Below the pieces are notes generated by a model. That model did no database searches, was not told the DNA's origin, and saw nothing but the letters and a program-made list of their open reading frames with translations. A program made the translations under genes and the position numbers. A DNA stretch of 64,000 bases from a virus (Duplodnaviria; Caudoviricetes). The stretch is taken from positions 64,001 through 128,000 of the IMG/VR virus record IMGVR_UViG_3300021603_000005. One strand, 5' to 3'. Each line of letters starts with the position of its first letter. The stretch's first letter is position 1. This document shows, in pieces, positions 1 through 9,974 of this stretch.

Positions 1-2
1 AT

Positions 3-326
3 TTATCAGGACAACCACACGCATGGCATAGACTAAAACAATTCTTAACGGACCATAAAGATATCAAGATAACAATGCTGCGTTTACAACTAGTAGAAGG
101 TGGTCATGTAAGGGAATGGAGCACACCACCGAAACAATCTGGATACATATATGGATTTAAAGGCCAAGCAGTTTTTGGCGCGGCAGAGTCTCATGCTGTT
201 GGAATTGGATATTACGACGGAGTTACATGTCTTATTAATTGGATTAAGTTGCCCGATATGCGACAGAGTTATTATGAAGAACAAACCAAAGAAAAGTGTG
301 GGTTTAAGTTAATAGAAAATGGATAA
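3..326 (+). CDS. Hypothetical phage protein, 5'-truncated by the window edge
   Basis: The frame of the 75..326 ORF stays open back to position 3 (LSGQPHAWHRLKQFLTDHKDIKITM...). It overlaps the start of the next gene. Confidence 0.7.
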   Translation, partial: LSGQPHAWHRLKQFLTDHKDIKITMLRLQLVEGGHVREWSTPPKQSGYIYGFKGQAVFGAAESHAVGIGYYDGVTCLINWIKLPDMRQSYYEEQTKEKCGFKLIENG

Positions 327-819
327 ACCATTCACTTCCCCAACTACTCCTGGGCTCTCGGTCTCATTAGCAGACTATGTTGTAGAACTGGTCTGTCTAA
401 ATATGGACAGAAATTTGCCACAAAGATTTTGGAGAGATAGTAAATATTGGGGCAAAAAATATAGCAGGGAAAGAATGGGGTTTAGTAAGTTCGCCAAACT
501 ATACGATAACATAGATGACCCAACTATGCAAACGGCCATCATAAACGCGGTTAAAATACTTGGTAACAAATCGTTGTTAGTAGAAAAGACACTACTGGCA
601 CTAGATAGAATTACAAGAAAACAGTATGATAGGCTAATGGCAGAAAAAACTTCTCTTGTAAATGATTGTCCAGAAACAAAGTGTGATGTCGAGTACATGC
701 GAACAAATATGACGATTACAAATATAGATACAGATAGTAATAACAAACTAAACAGAATACTGGAGATTGAACAAAGTGGCAAAAAAGAAACCCGACCAGA
801 CTGCCAACAAAACATTTGA
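319..819 (+). CDS. Hypothetical protein
   Basis: 166-aa ORF overlapping both neighbours in a tightly packed operon; no motif recognised. Confidence 0.7.
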   Translation: MDKPFTSPTTPGLSVSLADYVVELVCLNMDRNLPQRFWRDSKYWGKKYSRERMGFSKFAKLYDNIDDPTMQTAIINAVKILGNKSLLVEKTLLALDRITRKQYDRLMAEKTSLVNDCPETKCDVEYMRTNMTITNIDTDSNNKLNRILEIEQSGKKETRPDCQQNI

Positions 820-1804
820 TTCCATCATCGACGACATGTTTGGCAAGGGGCTTGTTATCCAGGCTGATGTTCTTGTTGATCGACCACGGAAAATATTGTC
901 AACAACATTATCGCTAGACATAGCATTAAGCGGTGGCATTCCAGAAGGTAAGGTCGTATTTCTTTCTGGAAAACCAAAGGCTGGGAAAACCACGTTATGT
1001 CTACATATTCTAAGCAACGCCATAAAGGCAAACAGAAAAGCAATTTATTTTGATATAGAGCGCAGATGTGATCCGGCACTTATCAAAACCATACGAGATC
1101 TAGATTCGTCGAAACTGACTATAGTCAGATCTAATATGGAAAAGGTGCTGAGTGCAGAAGAATGGTTACAATCCATAGAGCGAGCAATTAAAGACGAACC
1201 CGGTTCGGTAATAGTAATAGATAGCCTAGCTATGTTATCAACATTATCCGAGCAGTCAGAACTGACTGGCGAAAATCACGACATGGCTGGTGTCCCCAAA
1301 TTACTAGCGTCATTTTTTAGAAAGGTAAAAGATTACGTCGACATCAACAACAATATCGTTGTCTTTTTATCTCAGTATCAAACAAACAGAGATCGCGGAA
1401 GCAACAAGAAGTTCAATGAGAAGGGCGGAATGGGTATCCAGTACGCCTGTTCTGTTTGGATAAACGTAGATTGGTTTAAATTGTGGGATAGAGACAGTAG
1501 CGGTTCTGTACTTGGCCAAGACATATGTTGCACCATTAGGGCGTCGGCGCTTGGTAGGCCATTTATTCCATGTAGTATACCATTGCGATTTGGTTTTGGT
1601 ATTGACACAGAAGTAGACATAATGACGCACGCAGAAAACCTTGGTTTGATAGAAAAGGCTGGTTCTTGGTATACGATTCCATCATTGACAGAGGATAAGT
1701 TCCAGGGACTTGAAAACTTGAGAAACTTCCTAGTCTCCAATCGCGATATAGCCAACAAATTAGAACAAGATATTCGTTCAACGGTTTTGTGTAATGCTAG
1801 TTAA
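767..1804 (+). CDS. recA: RecA/UvsX-like recombinase
   Basis: STTLSLDIALSGGIPEG, Walker A GKPKAGKTT, Walker B VIVIDSLA, and C-terminal GLIEKAGSWY...FQGLEN typical of RecA. The true start may be GTG 776. Confidence 0.93.
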   Translation: MNKVAKKKPDQTANKTFDSIIDDMFGKGLVIQADVLVDRPRKILSTTLSLDIALSGGIPEGKVVFLSGKPKAGKTTLCLHILSNAIKANRKAIYFDIERRCDPALIKTIRDLDSSKLTIVRSNMEKVLSAEEWLQSIERAIKDEPGSVIVIDSLAMLSTLSEQSELTGENHDMAGVPKLLASFFRKVKDYVDINNNIVVFLSQYQTNRDRGSNKKFNEKGGMGIQYACSVWINVDWFKLWDRDSSGSVLGQDICCTIRASALGRPFIPCSIPLRFGFGIDTEVDIMTHAENLGLIEKAGSWYTIPSLTEDKFQGLENLRNFLVSNRDIANKLEQDIRSTVLCNAS

Positions 1805-2183
1805 ATTACTCAATGGAACAGTCCAAAAAATTGATCTGAAAAAATATGCCATGAAAGGTACGTCCAAATCGAATTTCCAATCAAGCATTGGAGACATATT
1901 AAAAGGCCACTATCCTATGGACGTTATATTAGAAGAAGTTTATATTCGTGGCGAAAAACTTGTTTTAGATTTCTTTATTCCATCTAGAAAATTGGCCATT
2001 GAGTGTAACGGCATTCAACATAATAAGTTCGTAAAATTTTTTCACGAAACGCTCAGAGGGTTCCATAATCAGCAAGACAGAGATGTGCGTAAAAGAGAGT
2101 GGTGTAGACTAAACAATATAAGACTTATTGAGATAGACGCAACAATGTCGTCAAGTGAAATAGTTTGTTTGTTAGGAAGTTAA
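1794..2183 (+). CDS. Vsr/DUF559-like PD-(D/E)XK endonuclease
   Basis: LVLDFFIPSRKLAIECNGIQH...QQDRDVRKREWCRLNNIRLIEI pattern. Confidence 0.75.
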   Translation: MLVKLLNGTVQKIDLKKYAMKGTSKSNFQSSIGDILKGHYPMDVILEEVYIRGEKLVLDFFIPSRKLAIECNGIQHNKFVKFFHETLRGFHNQQDRDVRKREWCRLNNIRLIEIDATMSSSEIVCLLGS

Positions 2184-2184
2184 T

Positions 2185-2592
2185 ATGCTAAAAGAGAATG
2201 TGGCGTCGTTAGAAACAATGCTGTCTACATGGGAAAAAAATATCAACCTTCCCATTGCTGAACCGGATTCTGATACAATTAACGGAGTAATCAATATTGG
2301 TCGCGATAGATTGGCCGAGATGACTGGACGAGAAGCGGCAGAGTACGCTTTTATAGTTTCTGTATTAGCGATGAGTATTCAGCACAAGTACAATCAATGC
2401 AAAACGCTTATCGGATGGTGTAACGCCAATAGGAACAGTTTCTTTGGAGACGATAAATCAAAATTGCACAGTATGAAACAGAACGTTGAATTGAAAATGT
2501 CTCGCATAGAATTCATGGCGAAAAGATTAGAGTTCATATCACAATGCTTAATGTCTGTTCAAAGAAGTAGGTTTGGGGAGGCTGCGAAATGA
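2185..2592 (+). CDS. Hypothetical helical protein (possible UvsY-like recombination mediator)
   Basis: 135-aa ORF with helical/coiled-coil character downstream of RecA; the function is a positional guess. Confidence 0.55.
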   Translation: MLKENVASLETMLSTWEKNINLPIAEPDSDTINGVINIGRDRLAEMTGREAAEYAFIVSVLAMSIQHKYNQCKTLIGWCNANRNSFFGDDKSKLHSMKQNVELKMSRIEFMAKRLEFISQCLMSVQRSRFGEAAK

Positions 2593-3083
2593 CGCCAATA
2601 GAAACGATTAAGACTGGAATAGTTAGTGGAAACTGGCAACGTGTTTGCGAAGGATTCAAGATGTTAACTGGAGAAGATTTGAAACCACCAGATACTGGTA
2701 GCGATAAGAATTTGCTACTACAACTTAGACGCCAAATCGATGACATGCTAGGTGTCAATATTAATCAAGACCAGCCACAAATGAATAATAATGAAATTGA
2801 TATTGACGACGTAGAACCCGTATCTATATCCGGTAACAAAGATACGCTTTACGGGAAAATGACACTAATGACAAACCCAGATATAGACCCCGCTGAAGTA
2901 GAGTCTAATCAAAAGAAAAGCGTCGGGTCCGCAAAACGAAAACAACAGAATAAAAGGAAGGGTAATGTGGTGTACAAGGCCACTTGTAGTGTCTGCAATG
3001 CGGAATTCGAATCTATCCACCGACTATCATCCGAAATAGGTCAACGATGTCCAAAGTGTCTTAGGGATACTCGCCCAGACTAA
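2589..3083 (+). CDS. Hypothetical protein with C-terminal zinc ribbon
   Basis: C-terminal CSVC...CPKC; ATGA overlap with the upstream gene. Confidence 0.65.
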   Translation: MTPIETIKTGIVSGNWQRVCEGFKMLTGEDLKPPDTGSDKNLLLQLRRQIDDMLGVNINQDQPQMNNNEIDIDDVEPVSISGNKDTLYGKMTLMTNPDIDPAEVESNQKKSVGSAKRKQQNKRKGNVVYKATCSVCNAEFESIHRLSSEIGQRCPKCLRDTRPD

Positions 3084-3085
3084 AC

Positions 3086-4522
3086 ATGAAAAAAAATACA
3101 TGCCTTAATGATATCGGAGCAGAGCGAGTTGTGCTTGCTGGGATTTTGTCGAATGGCGCTGACGCCCTTATCGACATAGAAGAACTACTATCGCCATCAG
3201 ATTTCTATGGTCCACATCATGCGAAACTTTTCACAGTTCTAAAAACACTGGTGCATGACAAGGATATAAAAGAATTCGATACGCCAACAATTGTTTCTAT
3301 GTCACGGAGCATGGGATTCGATAACATAATCGGCACCAACAAAGACGAGGAATATATAGGAAGTCTCTTTGCAGAAAGCGTCGGCATAGAAAGTGCGAGA
3401 TCGTTAGCTTCAGTTGTTTTCAAACTAAGTGTTTGTCGTCAAGCCTATCTATGTCTTAGGCATATTCAAAAGGATATGGAAAAGATTACTGGCAACGAAG
3501 ATATCTTGTCCATTTTTTCCATGATTGAAGATCCAATCTTTGGTTTCACGGCAAAACTAGCATCAAAGGATAATGCGTTAGTGCATATTGGCAGAGATAT
3601 CAAAGATATGTTCGATGCGTTGTCTGATAACCCAAAGGATATCATAGGCTTACCATCCGGTTTCCAGTTATTTGATCAGGCTATCGGTGGCGGATTGCGA
3701 CCGGGCGGGGTAACAGTTGTCGGCGCTAGACCCAAAATCGGTAAATCGTTTTTCTGTCTTAATGTTGCTAATAATGTGGCCAAATATGGTGTCCCGGTTT
3801 TATACCTAGACACTGAGTTGCCGCGCAAGTGGCAGATGATGAGATTGGCATCATTGCTAAGTAAAGTTTCGTTAAATCGTATAGAGACTGGACAGTTCAG
3901 CGAACTACAAGAAGAACGTATCGCTGTTTACGATACTAAGGAAGCAATCGACAATTTACCTTTGACCCACTGCTCTGTTGCTGGACAATCTATTAGGGGG
4001 ATATTATCAATTGTTCGTAGATGGTTGGCCAAAAATGTTGGATTTACCCCGTCTGGAAAAGCAAAGCCATGCGTTGTTATATACGATTACCTCAAACTTA
4101 TGGATCAGTCAGACGTAAAGAATAATTTAGCAGAATATCAGCTTCTTGGTTTTCTGCTAACGGAGATGCACAATTTTGCCCTCAAATATGATCTACCGAT
4201 ATTAGCAACTGTGCAATTAAATAGGGATGGTGGCGATAGAGAAGAGGGCAATGTCATATCCGGCTCAGATAGAATATTGTGGCTAGCATCTAGTTTTACT
4301 ATTCTCAAAAAGAAAAGCCAAGAAGAACTAAACGAAGACCCACCATCAAATGGTGATAGGAAATTGGTAATAACGGATACTAGATTTGGTAAGGGCATGC
4401 ATCCCGGAGATTACATCAATGTAAAATCAGATTTCTCAATCGCGCAAATGTTAGAAGGACAGGCATATTCACAAACATTAAAAGAGCAAATGCCAATGTC
4501 GCTAATGCAGGACGTAGATTAA
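3086..4522 (+). CDS. dnaB: Replicative DNA helicase, DnaB family
   Basis: N-terminal AERVVLAGIL..LSPSDFY, GLPSGF, Walker A GARPKIGKS, VVIYDYLKLM, TVQLNR. Confidence 0.95.
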   Translation: MKKNTCLNDIGAERVVLAGILSNGADALIDIEELLSPSDFYGPHHAKLFTVLKTLVHDKDIKEFDTPTIVSMSRSMGFDNIIGTNKDEEYIGSLFAESVGIESARSLASVVFKLSVCRQAYLCLRHIQKDMEKITGNEDILSIFSMIEDPIFGFTAKLASKDNALVHIGRDIKDMFDALSDNPKDIIGLPSGFQLFDQAIGGGLRPGGVTVVGARPKIGKSFFCLNVANNVAKYGVPVLYLDTELPRKWQMMRLASLLSKVSLNRIETGQFSELQEERIAVYDTKEAIDNLPLTHCSVAGQSIRGILSIVRRWLAKNVGFTPSGKAKPCVVIYDYLKLMDQSDVKNNLAEYQLLGFLLTEMHNFALKYDLPILATVQLNRDGGDREEGNVISGSDRILWLASSFTILKKKSQEELNEDPPSNGDRKLVITDTRFGKGMHPGDYINVKSDFSIAQMLEGQAYSQTLKEQMPMSLMQDVD

Positions 4523-5622
4523 TGGATATCGACTTTATTCAAGATCGGGCATGTGAACGCATAAGAGAGATACTTGATGCCCTTGGTGTTGAGTATACAG
4601 AAAGGATGGATTATTTACAAGGCAAGTGTCCAATTCACAACGGAGATAATGATAGGGCGTGGTTCTGGGCATTCACATCTAGGCATTGGAAGTGTATGAC
4701 TAAGCACTGTGAGGAACTTGAATCGACAGGAAGATCCACGAGTATTTTTGGGTTAGTGAGGGGAATACTATACAGCCGAACAAATAAGAAATACAGTTTC
4801 CGTCAGGCTGTTGATTTTTGTGCCAAGGTGCTTGGGTTAGACAATTCTAAAATTGATCCCAAGACCGAGGAAGAAGTTATAATTGATAGTGCAATACGCG
4901 CATACAGGAAAAAGATACAGAGTAATCCAAGCAAGCATATGATGCCATTGTCCGAGGCGCTACGGTACATGAAACCAGATACGACATACTATCCGACAAG
5001 GGGTATTACCGACGAAATCATCTCAAAATATCATATATCATATTGTGATAAGCCCGATAAAAAATTCTATAATAGAGCATATATTCCAGTTCTTGATGAG
5101 ACCGGTCGATATGTAATGGGTTGGACATCTCGTAGTATCTGGGAAAAATGTACGCAATGTGGCAGATATCATGATCCGGCAAAAATATGCCCCAAAGACA
5201 AAAATAATTTTAGGTACGCGAAATGGTGTCATTCTGTCGATTTTAAGGCTGAATCGTTGGTATATAATATATGGTACGCAAAGCCTTTTATTAAGAAAAC
5301 AAAAACCGCCATTATCTGCGAAGGGCCTGGGGATGTATGGGGATACGAAATGGCCGGTATTCATAACGCGATTGCTATTTTTGGCCTTAACATGTCGCCA
5401 AAGCAGAGACAGTTATTGCAAAATGCGGGTGCGTTGACTTTGATATTAACACTAGATAATGATGACAGCGCTGTTGAAGCACAGCAAAGACTAAGGTCTA
5501 GTCTGGAACTATATTTCAGGGTCTTTTGTATAACACCAACGGCTAAAGATATTGGGAGTATGAGTGCTACTGACATATTAAGTGAGATTAAACCACAAAT
5601 AGATAAATGTTTGCGAGGATAA
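4522..5622 (+). CDS. dnaG: DNA primase (CHC2 zinc finger + TOPRIM)
   Basis: CPIH...WKCMTKHC zinc finger; TOPRIM IICEGPGD and LDND; translationally coupled to dnaB. Confidence 0.9.
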   Translation: MDIDFIQDRACERIREILDALGVEYTERMDYLQGKCPIHNGDNDRAWFWAFTSRHWKCMTKHCEELESTGRSTSIFGLVRGILYSRTNKKYSFRQAVDFCAKVLGLDNSKIDPKTEEEVIIDSAIRAYRKKIQSNPSKHMMPLSEALRYMKPDTTYYPTRGITDEIISKYHISYCDKPDKKFYNRAYIPVLDETGRYVMGWTSRSIWEKCTQCGRYHDPAKICPKDKNNFRYAKWCHSVDFKAESLVYNIWYAKPFIKKTKTAIICEGPGDVWGYEMAGIHNAIAIFGLNMSPKQRQLLQNAGALTLILTLDNDDSAVEAQQRLRSSLELYFRVFCITPTAKDIGSMSATDILSEIKPQIDKCLRG

Positions 5623-5623
5623 A

Positions 5624-6349
5624 ATGATAGTCTGTTTCTCAGGAAAAAAACGTAGCGGCAAAAATACGGCAGCAAATTATCTTATTGGCAAATACCTGAA
5701 ATCAACAAAACAAATTGAGGATTTCTTAATTAATAAAAATGGGGAATTGGTGTATTTTATAGGTGATCAAGTTGGATTAGTAAAAGAAGGATGTTTATAT
5801 GATCATGCTTTTGATGGGGTAAAACAATATAGTTTTGCAGATGTGTTGAAAGACTTTTGTATGAAATGTTTCGGTTTGACATATCAACAATGCTATGGAA
5901 CAGAGTTGCAAAAAAATTCAACGACCTCTATCAAATGGTGTGATATGCCAATTTCGTGTCCATCTCACAAATACATGACAGCAAGAGAAGTTCTTCAATT
6001 TTTCGGAACAAACGTTGTTCGTCATATCAAGAATGATGCATGGGTGCAAGCCACTGTAAAAACAATTAATGACGATGCACGCAAGACTGGGGATGCCAAA
6101 ATATGTCTAGCTATTATCACAGACGCCAGATTTCCAAATGAGCTAGAGGCTGTAACAAATGTTGGTGGAAAAACAGTTCGTCTGTTGCGCAATGTAGCTG
6201 GACTAGATTGTCACCCATCCGAAGTAGCCCTCGATACATATCCTATGGAGAATTATTCTTTAGTTGTTGATAACTCCAACATGAACATACAAGAACAAAA
6301 TATGGCCATTGATGCATTTTGTGACGAGGTTATAAATGAATGTGTCTAA
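5624..6349 (+). CDS. Deoxynucleoside monophosphate kinase
   Basis: P-loop SGKKRSGKNT, SFADVLK, REVLQFFGT, ITDARFPNE, HPSE: the T4 gp1-type dNMP kinase signature. Confidence 0.88.
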   Translation: MIVCFSGKKRSGKNTAANYLIGKYLKSTKQIEDFLINKNGELVYFIGDQVGLVKEGCLYDHAFDGVKQYSFADVLKDFCMKCFGLTYQQCYGTELQKNSTTSIKWCDMPISCPSHKYMTAREVLQFFGTNVVRHIKNDAWVQATVKTINDDARKTGDAKICLAIITDARFPNELEAVTNVGGKTVRLLRNVAGLDCHPSEVALDTYPMENYSLVVDNSNMNIQEQNMAIDAFCDEVINECV

Positions 6350-7238
6350 GCTAAGTGCCAGTGCTATAAAGTCATACAAGTTTTGTTATTTTCAATACTT
6401 GTTGTCGTATATATTGGAGATGGAATCTCGCAGTGGCAAGTCCGCTGTATTAGGAAACGTTGTGCATAAAGCCCTTGAGTGGATTGGACTTCTAGCGAAA
6501 AGAGATAAGCAAATAGATATTGAATGGTTGATTGAAAGGGCATGGGATGAAATTGTTTCCCAAAACGAGCATCTTGGACTTAAGCGAATAAATCGCAATG
6601 GTGAATCGGCTGATTTTAAATTCTGTAGAATATGCATAGAAAAGGTATTAGATGCTCCACCATACAATCCACAAGAATTAAAAGTCTTGGATGTTGAAAA
6701 ACGATTCGATATATCAATGCCAGGGAAAATATGGAAAACACCACAGGGACAATTCAGAATAACTGGCTATATAGACCTAGTTCATGAGATTGATGATAAC
6801 ACAATCGAGATTGTCGACTGGAAAACAGGGAAAAGATCTGATTATGGATCTACGAAACCGAAAGATTTTTACGATATCCTCAAGGATGCACAGCCTCGCA
6901 TATATCATTTTGCGGCAAGTCAATTGTACCCAAAATATAGTAATGTTATTGTAACATTTTACTATATTAATGATGGTGGGCCAATCATGCTTCCATACTC
7001 GCAAGACGACATGATAATGACAGTCGGGGCTATTTGGAGGGTATTCAAGAAAATACAAAACGATAGCGTCGTTACGAGAAATATCACATGGAGGTGTCCT
7101 AAGTTCTGTCAGTTTGGAAGGATGAATGTCTGTGACAGCGCGTGGGCAGATATGTCAAGTCATGGTTTTGATTTCATTTCACAAAAATATGGCAAAATGT
7201 CGGTAGTAGAGCAACAAACATATAAGGAACAAGCGTAA
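6336..7238 (+). CDS. Cas4/AddB-like PD-(D/E)XK exonuclease with probable Fe-S cluster
   Basis: LSASAIKSYKFC, GNVVHKALE, GYIDLV...IVDWKTG and C-terminal CPKFC..C. Confidence 0.85.
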   Translation: MNVSKLSASAIKSYKFCYFQYLLSYILEMESRSGKSAVLGNVVHKALEWIGLLAKRDKQIDIEWLIERAWDEIVSQNEHLGLKRINRNGESADFKFCRICIEKVLDAPPYNPQELKVLDVEKRFDISMPGKIWKTPQGQFRITGYIDLVHEIDDNTIEIVDWKTGKRSDYGSTKPKDFYDILKDAQPRIYHFAASQLYPKYSNVIVTFYYINDGGPIMLPYSQDDMIMTVGAIWRVFKKIQNDSVVTRNITWRCPKFCQFGRMNVCDSAWADMSSHGFDFISQKYGKMSVVEQQTYKEQA

Positions 7239-9547
7239 TGGGAATATACGTCCCGCTCCATAACCACACACACTTTTCATTGCTAGATGGATTACCATCT
7301 CCTAAGAAAATAATTGCTAGGGCAAAAGATTTGGGTTGTCCTGCTATAGCAATGACCGATCACGGAAACATATGCGGCATGGTAGATTTCCAAAGGGCTG
7401 GCAAAAAAAGTGGGGTAAAATCTATAATTGGAATAGAGTTGTATCTATGCAGACATGATCCATCAATACGCGACGAAACTAATAGGCAGCACTTTCACCT
7501 TACTGTATTGGCGAAAAATCAAGCTGGAGTAGAAACACTAATATCTCTTGTCAGTGAAATGAATAGGGTCGATTGGTTCTACAGAAGGCCAAGGATTAAT
7601 CTTGAGTTTCTAAAACGATTCACTAGTGATAGAAACCTAATCTGTTTATCCGGATGTTTGGTTGGAGAATTGTCGCATTGCTTGTTTAACGACCATAAAG
7701 AGGCTTGTAAAATAAGCAATGTCACAAACGATACAGACAGGGTGCGATTGTTGTTAAAAGACAACTGGAGGGATGTTGCAAATGAGGTTGTGGATAAGTA
7801 TGTTGATGTGTTCGGCAGAGATAACTATTACATAGAACTACAAGAAGAGGGCATGGCCGTACAACGAGTTGTCGTAGATTGTTTGCGAGATGTTGGTAAA
7901 AATCTTGGAATACCGTTGGTGGCAACATTAGATAGTCACTATGCGTGTAAAGAGGACGCAGACGATCAGCGCATATTGCTTTATGCGCAAATGCACACAA
8001 CCCAGGAAGAGCAAGCTAATATCAAGGCCATGGGTGGCGATACTATGGAATTTTTCTGCTCTGATCAATTCTATATATTCTCATACGACGAAATGACACA
8101 ACACTATAGTCCGCAAGAAATCGAGACATCGTTAGAAATAGCAGATAGATGTGATACTCCAAAGCTTGGTCGTGCTCCATGTCTACCAAAATTCACAACA
8201 ACCCAAGATAAAACATCTGACGAACTACTTCGAGACATGTGCATAGATGGCGCTAAACGAAAATTGTGTAATCTGGATACCGACAAAAAACGGGAATACT
8301 GGAATAGGCTTAACGTAGAATTAGACACAATCAAGGAAGCTAAACTCGCGGACTACTTCCTGATTGTCGCAGATGTATGTAAGTTTGTCGATCAAAACGA
8401 TGGCCCCAGGGGAAAGGGGCGTGGATCTGGTGCGGGGTCTCTAGTTAACTACCTGATCGGCGTCACCGATATAGACCCAATAACTTATGGCCTTTACTTT
8501 GAAAGATTCTACAACAATAGCCGTAACATACCACCACACTTTAATGTTGGGGCCAAAGATTTCATGGCATGGCTATCCGACCTAGACCACATCGTTACTT
8601 GCGACGAAATATCGCAAGCACGAAAACAAGTCTCTTCTGTCGTGCAGAAAAAACGTCGTTCATACGATATGGCCATGATTAAGAGCGAGGCCAAGTGGAT
8701 AGACGATAATAGCCCAAAGATGTGGTGTTACATAGCAAGTCGATTAGAGGACAAAGATTGTGCAAATGGTAGCAATTCTCAGATAGCATATGCTGCTGGT
8801 ATAACCGACGACATTGAAAGCCACCCAGTATCTACAGTAGATGCCCATATCAGTTTGCCAGATATCGACACAGATATCGGCGTTGTATTCAGGTCTCGGG
8901 TTATCGAGTATCTAAATGAAAAGTGGGGTAGCGAAAAGGTATCTCAAATTGTCACATTTGGCAGGTTGCAGGGGAAGGCTGCTCTAAAAGAGGTTTTCAG
9001 AGCACAACCAAACACGGTCAAGCATCTAATGCAGGTGCGTGCCACAAAACTTGGCGAAGATCCGAACAAGTGTATTATCAAACCTCATGATCTGTGTAAC
9101 GAAATCACCAGTCATATCCCAGACGAAGCGGCCATTGCGGACGAACTTCAAGAAATGAGAGAGGAAACTGGAGATGATACATATGGGATTCTCCAGTGGG
9201 CAGTTGATAATATCGACCCAGTAAGAGAAGCATATAAGTGGTACAAACCGCTATTTGATCAGGCCATGCGAATTGAAGGCACTAAGAAATCACAAAGTAA
9301 GCATGCGGCAGGAATCGTTATAGCTGATCGACCAATTAGAGAACTTGTTCCCATGATGTATGATCCCAAAAGCAAGACGCAAATATGTGGTCTAGAAATG
9401 GGTGCGGCAGAAGCCATGGGGTGTGTGAAGTTCGATTTCCTTGGGGTAACGGCACTAGATAAGATCTGGCATGCAATGAACCTTGTTAATGGGAAAGTGC
9501 AACAAATAGATAGTTTCGGAGAAGCCGTAGATGGTCAAATTGATTAA
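7238..9547 (+). CDS. dnaE: DNA polymerase III alpha (DnaE), N-terminal subunit: PHP, palm and thumb
   Basis: LHNHTHFSLLDG, AMTDHGN, GRGSGAGSLV, FERF, catalytic SLPDIDTD, SKHAAG, KFDFLG. Ends at the palm/fingers junction. Confidence 0.93.
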   Translation: MGIYVPLHNHTHFSLLDGLPSPKKIIARAKDLGCPAIAMTDHGNICGMVDFQRAGKKSGVKSIIGIELYLCRHDPSIRDETNRQHFHLTVLAKNQAGVETLISLVSEMNRVDWFYRRPRINLEFLKRFTSDRNLICLSGCLVGELSHCLFNDHKEACKISNVTNDTDRVRLLLKDNWRDVANEVVDKYVDVFGRDNYYIELQEEGMAVQRVVVDCLRDVGKNLGIPLVATLDSHYACKEDADDQRILLYAQMHTTQEEQANIKAMGGDTMEFFCSDQFYIFSYDEMTQHYSPQEIETSLEIADRCDTPKLGRAPCLPKFTTTQDKTSDELLRDMCIDGAKRKLCNLDTDKKREYWNRLNVELDTIKEAKLADYFLIVADVCKFVDQNDGPRGKGRGSGAGSLVNYLIGVTDIDPITYGLYFERFYNNSRNIPPHFNVGAKDFMAWLSDLDHIVTCDEISQARKQVSSVVQKKRRSYDMAMIKSEAKWIDDNSPKMWCYIASRLEDKDCANGSNSQIAYAAGITDDIESHPVSTVDAHISLPDIDTDIGVVFRSRVIEYLNEKWGSEKVSQIVTFGRLQGKAALKEVFRAQPNTVKHLMQVRATKLGEDPNKCIIKPHDLCNEITSHIPDEAAIADELQEMREETGDDTYGILQWAVDNIDPVREAYKWYKPLFDQAMRIEGTKKSQSKHAAGIVIADRPIRELVPMMYDPKSKTQICGLEMGAAEAMGCVKFDFLGVTALDKIWHAMNLVNGKVQQIDSFGEAVDGQID

Positions 9548-9974
9548 GGCTGATTATATCTTTGATGTCGATGCTGATGCTTATGTCAACACAGTGAACT
9601 GTGTTGGTATAATGGGAAAGGGCGTTGCCCTGGCCTTCAAACTCAGATACCCGGCATTAATGACGCAATACAAGAGATACTGCCGCAACAACATGCTTAG
9701 ACCAGGAGAACTAATGATTTGGAGGTCTCCGGATAAGAAGTGGGTTTTTAACATTGCGACAAAAGACCATTGGCGCAACCCTTCAAGATATGCATGGGTC
9801 AGACAGGGCTTGAATGAGCTATACAAGTTTCTGGTAAACATGGATATCAGGACAATTGTTATCCCGCCACTTGGTTGTGGTTGCGGTGGCCTTGACTGGA
9901 ATGAGGTATGGCCGATGATACATAGTTCTCTCAATGATCTGGATATGGAGGTACTTGTCCTTGAGCCTAACTAA
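9531..9974 (+). CDS. Macrodomain ADP-ribosylhydrolase, DarG-like
   Basis: VNTVNCVGIMGKGVALAFK..YP, ATKDHWRNPS, PPLGCGCGGLDW. Confidence 0.85.
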   Translation: MVKLIKADYIFDVDADAYVNTVNCVGIMGKGVALAFKLRYPALMTQYKRYCRNNMLRPGELMIWRSPDKKWVFNIATKDHWRNPSRYAWVRQGLNELYKFLVNMDIRTIVIPPLGCGCGGLDWNEVWPMIHSSLNDLDMEVLVLEPN

